A stretch of 64,000 nucleotides of DNA, taken from sequence record MK250019.1. One strand, 5' to 3'. Positions 34,981 to 43,965 of the stretch are shown here, in pieces. The notes beneath the pieces are model-generated. The model made no database searches and was not told the DNA's origin. It worked only from the letters and a program-made list of their open reading frames with translations. How positions within the stretch are numbered: position 1 is the stretch's first letter; each line of letters opens with the position of its first letter. A program made the translations under genes and the position numbers.

Positions 34981-37050
34981 ATGAAGAATTTTATTTTGTG
35001 TTTGCTCATTTCATTTGTGAGCGTTTTTAATTCTTATGCAGACACTGTAACAGATACATTGACTGCATTGAAGTTGAAGGAAGTTACCGTAACTTCTTTG
35101 TATCGAAATAATGTACAGACTGGTAGTATGATTAATACATCTTCTATTAAGATGATGAATCATGGTCAGGGTACAGATTATGTACTTTCTACATTGCCTA
35201 ATATTTATGCATATAATGATAATGGTACGCAAATGGGTTATTGTTATTTCCGTATGCGTGGTATGGGTCAGGAACGTATGAATGTTACATTGGATGGAAT
35301 GCCTTGGAATGAAGCTGAAGATTTTGGTTGTTATTTCAGTAATTCTCCTGATCTTATGTCTAGTTTGCATTCTATTAAGGTAGAAAAAGGTGCATCAGTA
35401 ACTAATAACGGTACAGCTGCATATGCTGGTAATGTTTCTCTGGAATCAGTAGATTTGAGAAAAGATACAGATTCATGGTTTGATATTGGTTATGGTTCAT
35501 TTAATTCATCACGTGTAAGTGGCGTTTATAATATGGGATTGAAGAACCATTGGGGATTGCATGTTCGTGCAACATCACAGCAAACTGATGGCTATAAGGA
35601 AAATACATATAATAATTCAAAGTCAATTACACTTAAGACTGGTTATTTCTTTAATGATAAGCATTCGCTTGATTTCTTGACAATGACTGGTTATCATCGT
35701 AATGGTCAAGGTTTTATGGGTCTTACAGAAGATATGATTCCTAAGCATCCTACACCATTTAAGCAAATGAAGTCTGGTAATCGTCAGCAGGAAACAGATG
35801 ATTTCTTGACAACTTATAATAGATTTCAATACAAGGGAATTCTATCAGATAAGGTATTCTTGTCATCATCATTGTATTGGCAACATCAGACAGGTAATTA
35901 TCGTATTGGATGGGATGATCCTTCACGACCTACTGGAAGTGTATTGAATAATTATCATCTTAATTATAATCTTACAGGATTTAACACAGTAATTAAGTAT
36001 TATCCAGCTAATAATCTTTCACTTACAACTGGAGTAAATGCATATGTTTATCATAGACGTCATAAGGGATATGATATTGCAAACTCTGATAGTATTATTA
36101 CAGCATGGAAGAATCCAGGACTTACTCCTTATTATGATAATGCAGGAACAAAACCAGATGTAAATGTATTTGCAAATGTAAAGTATCAACCAATTAATAA
36201 GTTTACTATTGATGCTGCACTTCAATATCGTTATACATCACTTCATTATCGTGTAAATACACCAGCTATTGGTATTAATGGTGATTCTGATTTCAATCAT
36301 GACTGGAATTTTATGAATTACAGTTTTGGACTTACATATGATATTGATAAGTATTCAAAGGTATATGCACGTTATGCAGTCACAAACCGTGAGCCTTCCA
36401 GAACTGATATGTTCGGAGGTGAATATCGTACAGATGAATCTGAAATGAATACAAAGTCAGAGCGCGTACATGATGTTGAACTTGGTTATGAAATTCGTAA
36501 TAATAAGATTAATTTCAATATTAACGGTTTTTATATGAATTTTAGTAATGAACTTGTTGCAACAGGTGAACTTTCATCAATGAATGGTCTTCCTCTCCAT
36601 AAGCAGCATGATTCATATCGACTTGGTTTGGAACTTGCGATGGATTATAATCCTGTTAATACATTGCATCTTATTGCAAATGCTTCATGGTCAGAGAATA
36701 AGTTGAAGAACATTAATGGAAAGGAAATGAATCATACATTCTCACCATCATCTACATTGTTTGCTGAAGCAAATTATACAGTTAATAAGATTAAGTTCGG
36801 TGTAAATACAAATTTCCGTTCATCTATGTATATGGATATTTATAATAATCATCAGCTTAAGGAAAACCTTACACTTAATGCATATGTTAATGCACGAGTA
36901 TCAAAGATTGTAGAACTTAGTTTGAATCTTAATAATATTACGAATCGTTTGAATTTCTCTAACGGATCAGTTGATATTCCATCAGATACAGCATATTATT
37001 TGGTTGATTCACCATTTAATATGTTTGCGACAGCTAAGTTTCACTTTTAA
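34981..37050 (+). CDS. TonB-dependent outer membrane receptor, similar to Bacteroidota vitamin (thiamine-type) transporters
   Basis: Signal peptide, TonB-box-like LKEVTVT, plug GYCYFRMRG..RMNVTLDGMPWNEAED and SIKVEKG, barrel segments, and terminal Phe (ATAKFHF). Confidence 0.9.
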   Translation: MKNFILCLLISFVSVFNSYADTVTDTLTALKLKEVTVTSLYRNNVQTGSMINTSSIKMMNHGQGTDYVLSTLPNIYAYNDNGTQMGYCYFRMRGMGQERMNVTLDGMPWNEAEDFGCYFSNSPDLMSSLHSIKVEKGASVTNNGTAAYAGNVSLESVDLRKDTDSWFDIGYGSFNSSRVSGVYNMGLKNHWGLHVRATSQQTDGYKENTYNNSKSITLKTGYFFNDKHSLDFLTMTGYHRNGQGFMGLTEDMIPKHPTPFKQMKSGNRQQETDDFLTTYNRFQYKGILSDKVFLSSSLYWQHQTGNYRIGWDDPSRPTGSVLNNYHLNYNLTGFNTVIKYYPANNLSLTTGVNAYVYHRRHKGYDIANSDSIITAWKNPGLTPYYDNAGTKPDVNVFANVKYQPINKFTIDAALQYRYTSLHYRVNTPAIGINGDSDFNHDWNFMNYSFGLTYDIDKYSKVYARYAVTNREPSRTDMFGGEYRTDESEMNTKSERVHDVELGYEIRNNKINFNINGFYMNFSNELVATGELSSMNGLPLHKQHDSYRLGLELAMDYNPVNTLHLIANASWSENKLKNINGKEMNHTFSPSSTLFAEANYTVNKIKFGVNTNFRSSMYMDIYNNHQLKENLTLNAYVNARVSKIVELSLNLNNITNRLNFSNGSVDIPSDTAYYLVDSPFNMFATAKFHF

Positions 37051-37055
37051 ATAAA

Positions 37056-37094
37056 AATGGGTGATTAAATATTTCTGATATTTAATCACCCATT
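37056..37094. terminator. intrinsic terminator hairpin after the TBDR gene
   Basis: AATGGGTGATTAAATAT / ATATTTAATCACCCATT inverted repeat. Confidence 0.75.
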
Positions 37095-37174
37095 AATTAT
37101 TTCATATTTATCAATAATTATAAATTAATTATAAATAAGATAATGAAAATATAAAGAATGATTTATTTAGAAAA

Positions 37175-38452
37175 ATGAGTAAATGGAAATTAAATGAAAA
37201 TAGTATAAACGAATTTTTATGGACATGTGCAGGTGTTAATAAGAATATATTAAGATTATATCCGAGTGAATATGCAAAATATGCAGGTAGTGGAGGAACT
37301 ATTTTATTTACTGCTATGATGGCATTTATATCAGGTAGTTATGCAATGTTTTTTGTATTCAGTAATGCTATATTATCACTGATCTTTGGTATATTCTGGG
37401 CATTACTTATATTTAACCTTGACAGATTTATTGTTAATTCAATGCATACTGATGGTAAAGACACATTAAGTTGGAAAAAAATTCAAACGGCAATGCCACG
37501 TATAATTATGGCTATATTTTTAGGTATTGTTATTTCAACACCACTTGAAATGAAGATATTTAATGATAGAATAGAATCATAGTTACTAAAAGATAATATA
37601 GAACGAATAAATTCAGCAAAGAATGAATCATCAGATTATAAGACAATATCATTATTACAAGCAGAATAGAACCAATTGACAAAAGATCGAAAACAATTGG
37701 TAGATGATTTACAGAAAGCATAGAAAGAACTGAAGGAAGAAGCAGAAGGAAATGCATTATCTGGTATTGCAGGGCATGGAACTATATATAGAGATAAAGA
37801 AACATATGTTAATCAATGTAAACAATCATTATAGGAATGGGATCTTCTTCATAAAGAACGGTTGACAACTGTATAGAAACGTATTGATGAAGTTAATAAA
37901 CATATTGAAAAATTTGAAGGTAAAATAGACGGGTTAAGAGAAGATGGTTTCAGTGCAAGGTATGAAGCTTTTTCAAATCTTAAAGAAGCAAATAATTCAT
38001 TAGCGATGGTATCATTCATGATAACAATGTTATTCATTATTATAGAAGTTACACCTACATTTTTTAAACTTATTATGACATCAGGACCATATGAAGAACA
38101 TTTATAGATAGAAAATTATAAAATAACTGCATATGTTACTAAAGAGAAAAATGGTATTGATACAGAATTAAAAATAGATGATTATAATAATAAAGAAAAA
38201 TTAAAAGCTGTTATTAAACAAGATGAACCTATTATTGATGTAACAGATGTATCAGTAAAACCAATTGTATATTCGGCTATATAGCCGTTAACATTAGAAT
38301 CCGAGCAAGAACCTGAAGAAGTTCCATATATGAAGTCTAATACATCTATTATAACAACACCTGTTGCAACAAAGAAATTAGAATTTAAGAAAAATGAGAA
38401 AGGACAAATTATGTTAGATTTCTCATCAAGACCTAAAAAATTAAATAAATGA
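37175..38452 (+). CDS. DUF4407-like membrane protein (code 15)
   Basis: LWTCAG, KYAGSGGTILFTA, FNLDRFIV and PLEMKIF. Read-through of several TAG gives 425 aa with a coiled coil and a second TM, ending TGA 38452. Confidence 0.8.
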
Positions 38453-38515
38453 AATAAAAATAATATCCATTAAGAAAAAAAACTTAGTGGATATTTTTTT
38501 ATATAAAGAATTATA

Positions 38516-38525
38516 TGTATCTTTG
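38516..38525 (+). promoter_or_regulatory. Bacteroidota-type -7 promoter element
   Basis: TGTATCTTTG, intergenic. Confidence 0.75.
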
Positions 38526-38561
38526 TATTGTAATTAAATAACAATTTAAATAATAAAGAAT

Positions 38562-39569
38562 ATGAGTGAATTAATGTTTAAGAGTAAGAATGTAACACCA
38601 CAGTTGAATACTTATGTTATTAAGGTAACAGGTAAGTATAATGATCATCTACCATGGGAAACAAATATTATTAATGTAGAGGCAGATCGCATGAATAATT
38701 TTGTGTTGTTATTTCTTGCATATGTTGGTAACAGAAATTGGCAGCATAAATGGAAGAATTCTACATTCGGCGAGAATTTTAAGAAGGGACCACTGCAGAC
38801 ATATCTAGGTGCTTTTACCGAAGATACACATTATCCATGTATGGACCTTATGTGGAATGATGTTGTTTCAGTCAACATTAATTATGTTAATAATAACGGT
38901 ACATACATTTTGTGTGAACTGCCTGATGTAGAAGAATTGTATGATACTGAGGAGGATTTCCTTAAGGAACTTAAGTCACAGTTTGATGAATTTAATAAGA
39001 ATGATCCTCGTGATGTTTATGAAGATGAAGGAATTGAGATTGTTGATTCATATGAGCTTGAGCTTGTAAGAAATGTTCTTCGTTCTACTGGTAAGTGGGA
39101 TAATGATGAAATTGATAATCTGTTTTGGGTTGATCGTGAGATTGGTTTTAGTTCATTGGTTGCACGTACTTCTACAGATGAAAATATTCTTAAAGTATGT
39201 AAGCAGGAACATGCTAAGAGTGCAACAGGTGTTGAGTATAATGGATTTAAACCAGAAACACTCGAAAAGATTAAGACCGCTATTAGTGGAACAAATCTTC
39301 CAGAGGAAACTAAGACATTTGTAATTGACATTTGTTCTAAGTATAATTCAAAGAATATGTTGAGTGAATCTGAGAAGGAAGATCTTAAGAATATCATGGA
39401 AACATATAATTTGGTAAATTATTCATATGGATGGATTGGCCCAGATGGTTGGAGTGGTATTTACCTTGAGCATGTGATAGATCCAGAGATGATTGATTTC
39501 GATGATTATTCAGAGAATTCAGTTATTAAGTATGAGGGTGAAACATATATTATTCATGAAGGAGATTAA
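38562..39569 (+). CDS. hypothetical acidic protein
   Basis: 335-aa ORF. Confidence 0.7.
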   Translation: MSELMFKSKNVTPQLNTYVIKVTGKYNDHLPWETNIINVEADRMNNFVLLFLAYVGNRNWQHKWKNSTFGENFKKGPLQTYLGAFTEDTHYPCMDLMWNDVVSVNINYVNNNGTYILCELPDVEELYDTEEDFLKELKSQFDEFNKNDPRDVYEDEGIEIVDSYELELVRNVLRSTGKWDNDEIDNLFWVDREIGFSSLVARTSTDENILKVCKQEHAKSATGVEYNGFKPETLEKIKTAISGTNLPEETKTFVIDICSKYNSKNMLSESEKEDLKNIMETYNLVNYSYGWIGPDGWSGIYLEHVIDPEMIDFDDYSENSVIKYEGETYIIHEGD

Positions 39570-39572
39570 TTT

Positions 39573-39995
39573 ATGTTAATTATTCTATCAATAGTATTAA
39601 TTATTGTAGGATTATTTCTTGGAATTTTAATAGGTACTTTAGGATCATTTGGTGATTCTGAAATACCTATTAAAGAAGATAAAATAATCAAGAGATGTTT
39701 GTTATTTAATATAGCATCTCGGTGTGATAAAATTATACTTGTATGTTGTACACCATTCGGATGGTTAGGAATTCTTTTATTATTTGTATGTTGTTTTGTA
39801 TTTCAACATATTATAGGAATTATGTTTATTAGTCCTTTACCTATGATGGAATTTCTTAATACATTTGAAGACAAAATATATAGTTTTGCACTACTATATT
39901 TAGTACCTATGTTTGGTGGTTATTTTATAGGTTATAATTATATGAATAATTTTATTAAACGAATAGAAAAAGAAGAACATGAAGAAAGGAACTAA
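39573..39995 (+). CDS. membrane protein
   Basis: Three hydrophobic segments. Confidence 0.6.
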   Translation: MLIILSIVLIIVGLFLGILIGTLGSFGDSEIPIKEDKIIKRCLLFNIASRCDKIILVCCTPFGWLGILLLFVCCFVFQHIIGIMFISPLPMMEFLNTFEDKIYSFALLYLVPMFGGYFIGYNYMNNFIKRIEKEEHEERN

Positions 39996-40473
39996 ATTTT
40001 ATGTTATATTAGGTTATAATACAGAAACAGAAGCCTGGTATGGATATGTAGAAAATTCTTTTTCTATGGGTGCAGATAAAAATAGAATTAGAACATTTTC
40101 TACATGTAGAGCAGATTATCCTTGGAAAGATAGATCATTTTCAGAGAGAAAACGAATAGCGAAAGCATATTTGAAGAAACATGGTTATAGATGTAATTAT
40201 GCTCGTGATTATATTATAGATGCAAAGATGAATCCTAATTCACCAAATCAATGGATTTATTTTTATTTGCGAGATATTGTAGACAATCTTAATAAAAAAC
40301 ATTATAATAATTGTTATTGGAAAGTATATAGAGTAAATTCTAAGTTTTGTCCTATTAATGTAAATATGAATGAATATTACAAAACATTAGTAAATAAGAA
40401 ATTTAGGAAGTCTCTTGACAAATTTCAATTAAGAAATCAAGAATTTTCTGTAAAGGAAGTTTCAAAAGATTAA
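39979..40473 (+). CDS. hypothetical basic protein
   Basis: 164-aa ORF. Confidence 0.6.
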   Translation: MKKGTKFYVILGYNTETEAWYGYVENSFSMGADKNRIRTFSTCRADYPWKDRSFSERKRIAKAYLKKHGYRCNYARDYIIDAKMNPNSPNQWIYFYLRDIVDNLNKKHYNNCYWKVYRVNSKFCPINVNMNEYYKTLVNKKFRKSLDKFQLRNQEFSVKEVSKD

Positions 40474-40481
40474 AAATATAT

Positions 40482-40734
40482 CGGTACGGCTCTAAAGGAG
40501 AGAGCATCATTTATGATTAATGATGACGAAGATTTGTTCGTAAGTTAATCTTTACTAAGAGAATATACAATATTTAGTTATATAGAAGTAATTTAATTGT
40601 TATAATGCGAATACAATTTTATATGAAACTATATATGTCATTTATGAGATTATAGTGAAGAATAGCATTTACAGTAACTATAATAAGATGATATAAACAA
40701 TATAACTTCTGTGGTTCGATTCCACACGTACTGA
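40482..40734 (+). ncRNA. tRNA-like RNA with a ~175-nt insertion in the anticodon arm
   Basis: Acceptor CGGTACG/CGTACTG, D stem GCTC/GAGC, stem ATCAT/ATGAT and T arm TGTGG-TTCGATT-CCACA. Confidence 0.6.
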
Positions 40735-40753
40735 CTAATAAACATATAACATT

Positions 40754-40972
40754 ATGAAAGAAGAAATTAAATTCTTAGGTAAAACACCAAGAGAAATTGC
40801 AGAACGTTACTTCAATAAATCATATGAAGGTAAAGAACGATATGATATTTTAGTTGAAGGCTTTATTGAGGGATTTAATTATCTATTTCCTCATTATGAT
40901 ATAGCTAATACTTTGGTTGAAACATTTGAACGAATTAAAGAATTAGAAAATAAAGATAAAAAAGATTCATAA
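40754..40972 (+). CDS. hypothetical protein
   Basis: 72-aa ORF between the RNA elements. Confidence 0.55.
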   Translation: MKEEIKFLGKTPREIAERYFNKSYEGKERYDILVEGFIEGFNYLFPHYDIANTLVETFERIKELENKDKKDS

Positions 40973-40997
40973 TTATTTTTTTATTTGAAATAAAATA

Positions 40998-41007
40998 TGT
41001 ATCTTTG
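40998..41007 (+). promoter_or_regulatory. Bacteroidota-type -7 promoter element heading an ORF-free RNA unit
   Basis: TGTATCTTTG with no credible ORF for the following 1.1 kb. Confidence 0.7.
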
Positions 41008-41223
41008 TATTGTAAATAATGAACACCTATAAGTGTTAAGTAACATAAGGATGGAAATCTTATGGTTCGTAAGTAGTAATATCGAATAGTCCGCATAATA
41101 GGAACATGTCATTATTTTAACATTTATATAAGAATATACTACATGTCTTATATGAGCGTCAGGAGTATTGTAACAGAGTCGACGTATTTACATTTTTAGA
41201 GGCGCAGTTTTTAAATCTGACTA

Positions 41224-41257
41224 TTCTACGTAAAGTAGTGTTCTATGTAAAGTAGTG
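41224..41257 (+). repeat. tandem 17-nt repeat TTCTA(C/T)GTAAAGTAGTG x2
   Basis: 41224-41240 and 41241-41257 differ at one base. Confidence 0.8.
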
Positions 41258-41339
41258 AAGTGCAAGATACGGCGTCAGTACAAGTCTATATAATAAGTTG
41301 CAAATAAAAATAGAAACTGTTAAAATTCGTATCTAATTT

Positions 41340-41511
41340 GTCTGTATTTCACAATGGTTAATGAGGTACATGAAAAGTGATTTGGAAGAATCATTATAAA
41401 CATATTATGATTAAGATAACGTTCAACTAAGCTATATAATAATAGTAAGTACAGCGCTGAAAATATATGTTTATATGTATTGCGGTTGTGGTTCGATTCC
41501 ACATACAGACA
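41340..41511 (+). ncRNA. tRNA-like RNA with a ~103-nt insertion in the anticodon loop
   Basis: Perfect 7-bp acceptor GTCTGTA/TACAGAC, D loop with TGG, stem GTACAT/ATGTAT and the same 17-nt T arm as 40710-40726. Confidence 0.7.
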
Positions 41512-41515
41512 CGAC

Positions 41516-42025
41516 TTATATTAATGATGAAAAGTCTGCAATTAACAAAATATAAAAACATCTTAATGTACTGTTGATTATATGTTTTAATTTTGTTAAC
41601 TAAGAGATTCTTGTAAATTATAAAAATTTACAAATCGAGGGGAACGCATAACGGCAATTATGTTAGTACTTGGCGTTTAATGAAATGAATATGTATATTT
41701 GCCGATGTGCATATGAGTGACATTAAATGATAAAATTATAATAGTGTAGCGGTTCGCACGCCCGTTGGTAAAACGGGAAGGGTTTATGTTTGAAAGCATA
41801 TTAGGGGTTCGACTCCCGCTTATAAACAATTAAATTACATAATGTTCTCACGAAGAGCGAGCATCGGAAGGTGAGCAATTTAGAAAGATGTTTAAGAGTG
41901 ATCATATTAAATTGATTTCTAACAGAAATACGGTGACGTAGGAGCTGAAAAAGAACAAACGTATGGTAATGTTAGCATTATGTATTTAAAAAATATTAGT
42001 CCTCACAGACTTTACATTTTTTATA
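41516..42025 (+). ncRNA. candidate ~500-nt structured RNA
   Basis: Closing helix AAAGTCTG (41531-38)/CAGACTTT (42006-13). Internal helices include TTAACAAAAT/ATTTTGTTAA and TACATAATG/CATTATGTA. No ORF. Confidence 0.5.
41735..41827 (+). tRNA. atypical tRNA-Tyr-like (GTA) domain with a long variable arm
   Basis: D arm GTGT-AGCGGTTC-GCAC, anticodon arm CCCGT-TGGTAAA-ACGGG and T loop TTCGACT. Deviations: G33, only 3 bp in the T stem and a mismatched 1-72 pair. Confidence 0.45.
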
Positions 42026-42050
42026 ACTTTAAAATTTTGAATTTAATATT

Positions 42051-42085
42051 AAATCCGATGCTTGTAATAAGTATCGGATTTTTTT
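42051..42085 (+). terminator. intrinsic terminator closing the RNA unit
   Basis: AAATCCGATGCTT-GTAAT-AAGTATCGGATTT followed by a T run. Confidence 0.8.
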
Positions 42086-42100
42086 AATTCATAAAAAATA

Positions 42101-42110
42101 TGTATCTTTG
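42101..42110 (+). promoter_or_regulatory. Bacteroidota-type -7 promoter element upstream of nadR-pnuC
   Basis: TGTATCTTTG, intergenic. Confidence 0.75.
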
Positions 42111-42140
42111 TAATATATTAAATAATAATTAAATAATTAA

Positions 42141-43301
42141 ATGATTAAGAATATAGGAATTTGTTTTGGCGGTTATTGTCCTATGCATCAGGGACATCTT
42201 GATCTTATAATGAAAGCAAAGAAAGAAAATGATATTTGTTATGTGGTTGTTTGTGGTTATACAGATGAACCACGAGGTAATGAATTAGGTCTTAATATTA
42301 ATAATAGAAAAAGACTTATTAAAGAGTTTTTTAAAAATGATGAACTTATTCGAGTTCTTACTGTAAATGATACAGAATTAGGTATTGATGAAAGTATGTC
42401 TGAACATAATTGGAAAGTATGGACAGATTATGTAAAATATCAAATTACAGATGATCTTTTGGGTGGAGGTCCGACATTTCCATTTAGTCCTGATGAAAGG
42501 ATTGAAGCGCATGAATTGAAACTTACATTCTATGTTGGTGAAAAGTTCTATGTTGAATCATTGAATAAATTAAATATTAATGCAGTGTTAGTTGGTTACG
42601 ATGAGAATTCTCCATCTAATAGAAGTAATGATATATCAGCAACATATATTAGACAAAATCCTCAATATTATTGGGATAAGATTGTATCAACATTTAAACC
42701 TGCATTAACAAAGAAAATTCTTGTATTAGGTACAGCATCAGAAGGGAAATCAACACTTGTTAAAGATATTGGTAATTATTTTAATATACCATATACAACA
42801 GAATTCGGTAGGGATTATATGGAGAAACATTGTATGTTAGATCCTGATATTACTGTAAATGATTTTGTTGAATTCCTTATTGGACAGAGACAATATTATT
42901 TTGATGCTTTGAATGATAAAGGAAATAAGGGCGTTATCATTTCAGATACTGATAATCTCGTTACACTTATGTATGCAAAAGCATATGTATCTGATAATAA
43001 TATGCAAATTACTGAAGATGAATATAACAATATATTGAAACCACTTGCAAAATCATTACAAACAGGTGTTTCATGGGATGTAATTTATCTTATCAAACCG
43101 CATAATAAATTTGTTGATGATGGAACACGTTACATGAATCAATCTTCAATAGATGAGAGAATGAAGAATTATAAAATTCTTTTATCATTACTTGAAGAGT
43201 TCGGTTTACTTGATAAAGTAATTGAATTGAATGGTTCTTATATGGATCATTTTAATTATGTTAAGGATTATATCACAAAATTATATGATAAAGAAAATTA
43301 A
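42141..43301 (+). CDS. nadR: NadR-type bifunctional NMN adenylyltransferase / ribosylnicotinamide kinase (no HTH)
   Basis: FGGYCPMHQGH (HxGH), ISATYIR, P-loop GTASEGKSTL, EFGRDY and SDTD. Confidence 0.9.
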   Translation: MIKNIGICFGGYCPMHQGHLDLIMKAKKENDICYVVVCGYTDEPRGNELGLNINNRKRLIKEFFKNDELIRVLTVNDTELGIDESMSEHNWKVWTDYVKYQITDDLLGGGPTFPFSPDERIEAHELKLTFYVGEKFYVESLNKLNINAVLVGYDENSPSNRSNDISATYIRQNPQYYWDKIVSTFKPALTKKILVLGTASEGKSTLVKDIGNYFNIPYTTEFGRDYMEKHCMLDPDITVNDFVEFLIGQRQYYFDALNDKGNKGVIISDTDNLVTLMYAKAYVSDNNMQITEDEYNNILKPLAKSLQTGVSWDVIYLIKPHNKFVDDGTRYMNQSSIDERMKNYKILLSLLEEFGLLDKVIELNGSYMDHFNYVKDYITKLYDKEN

Positions 43302-43950
43302 TAATATATTATATTCAGAGTTTATAGAAGGAAGAAATATTAATGAACATTTGTTTATGCTCATTGGTATTTTCCTTCAATTAATTGCATGGTATATAAC
43401 TAAAGATTCATTGATTTCTTTAATATCAGGTGTAACTGGTATTATATCTGTTATATTATGTTCACAAAGAAAGATTTCATTTTATTTCTTCGGCTTTATA
43501 CAATTAGGAACATATATGTATCTTGCATGGCAGCAAAGATTTTATGGTGAATTAATAGAGAATATATTTTACATTATTACTATGTTAATAGGTATTGTAG
43601 TATGGTTAAAAAATTATAATACTGAAGAACAAATAGTAGAATCTAAAAGACTTTCTGATAGGTTATTCTATATAATATGTAGTATAATGGTGTTTATCTG
43701 TGTATTATTTGGTTATTATATGAAATACTTTACAGATAATACACAACCATTTATGGATTCATTTTCAACAGTACCTGCATTTATAGCACAGACATTGTTA
43801 ATGTTACGATATAGAGAACAATGGATATTCTGGATTATAATTGATGTTGTTTCTATATTCATGTGGATGTTTGCTGATAATTGGATAATGGTTATTCAAT
43901 TTATATTTTGGACAATGAATTGCATATATGGTTATAGAAAATGGAAATAA
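43285..43950 (+). CDS. pnuC: PnuC-family nicotinamide riboside transporter
   Basis: Multi-TM protein with ATG 43285 overlapping the nadR end. Motifs PFMDSFST, AQTLLMLRYREQWIFWIIIDVVSI and YGYRKW. Confidence 0.9.
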   Translation: MIKKINNILYSEFIEGRNINEHLFMLIGIFLQLIAWYITKDSLISLISGVTGIISVILCSQRKISFYFFGFIQLGTYMYLAWQQRFYGELIENIFYIITMLIGIVVWLKNYNTEEQIVESKRLSDRLFYIICSIMVFICVLFGYYMKYFTDNTQPFMDSFSTVPAFIAQTLLMLRYREQWIFWIIIDVVSIFMWMFADNWIMVIQFIFWTMNCIYGYRKWK

Positions 43951-43965
43951 TAAAAATAAAATAAT

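Noticed and set aside
41224-41257. Tandem 17-mers as a CRISPR array
   Set aside because: There are only two adjacent copies with no spacer. I saw no repeat-spacer array or cas gene anywhere in the window.
40482-41827. A CUA-anticodon suppressor tRNA among the tRNA-like elements
   Set aside because: No CTA triplet can be placed in a 7-nt anticodon loop without arbitrary splice choices.
41526-42015. RNase P RNA or group I intron identity for the 500-nt RNA (GATGAAAAGTCTG resembles CR-I; TAGTCC resembles the S element)
   Set aside because: The pairing is better explained as a terminal helix. The other conserved regions are missing, and the GACTA/TAGTC order nearby is reversed relative to P7.
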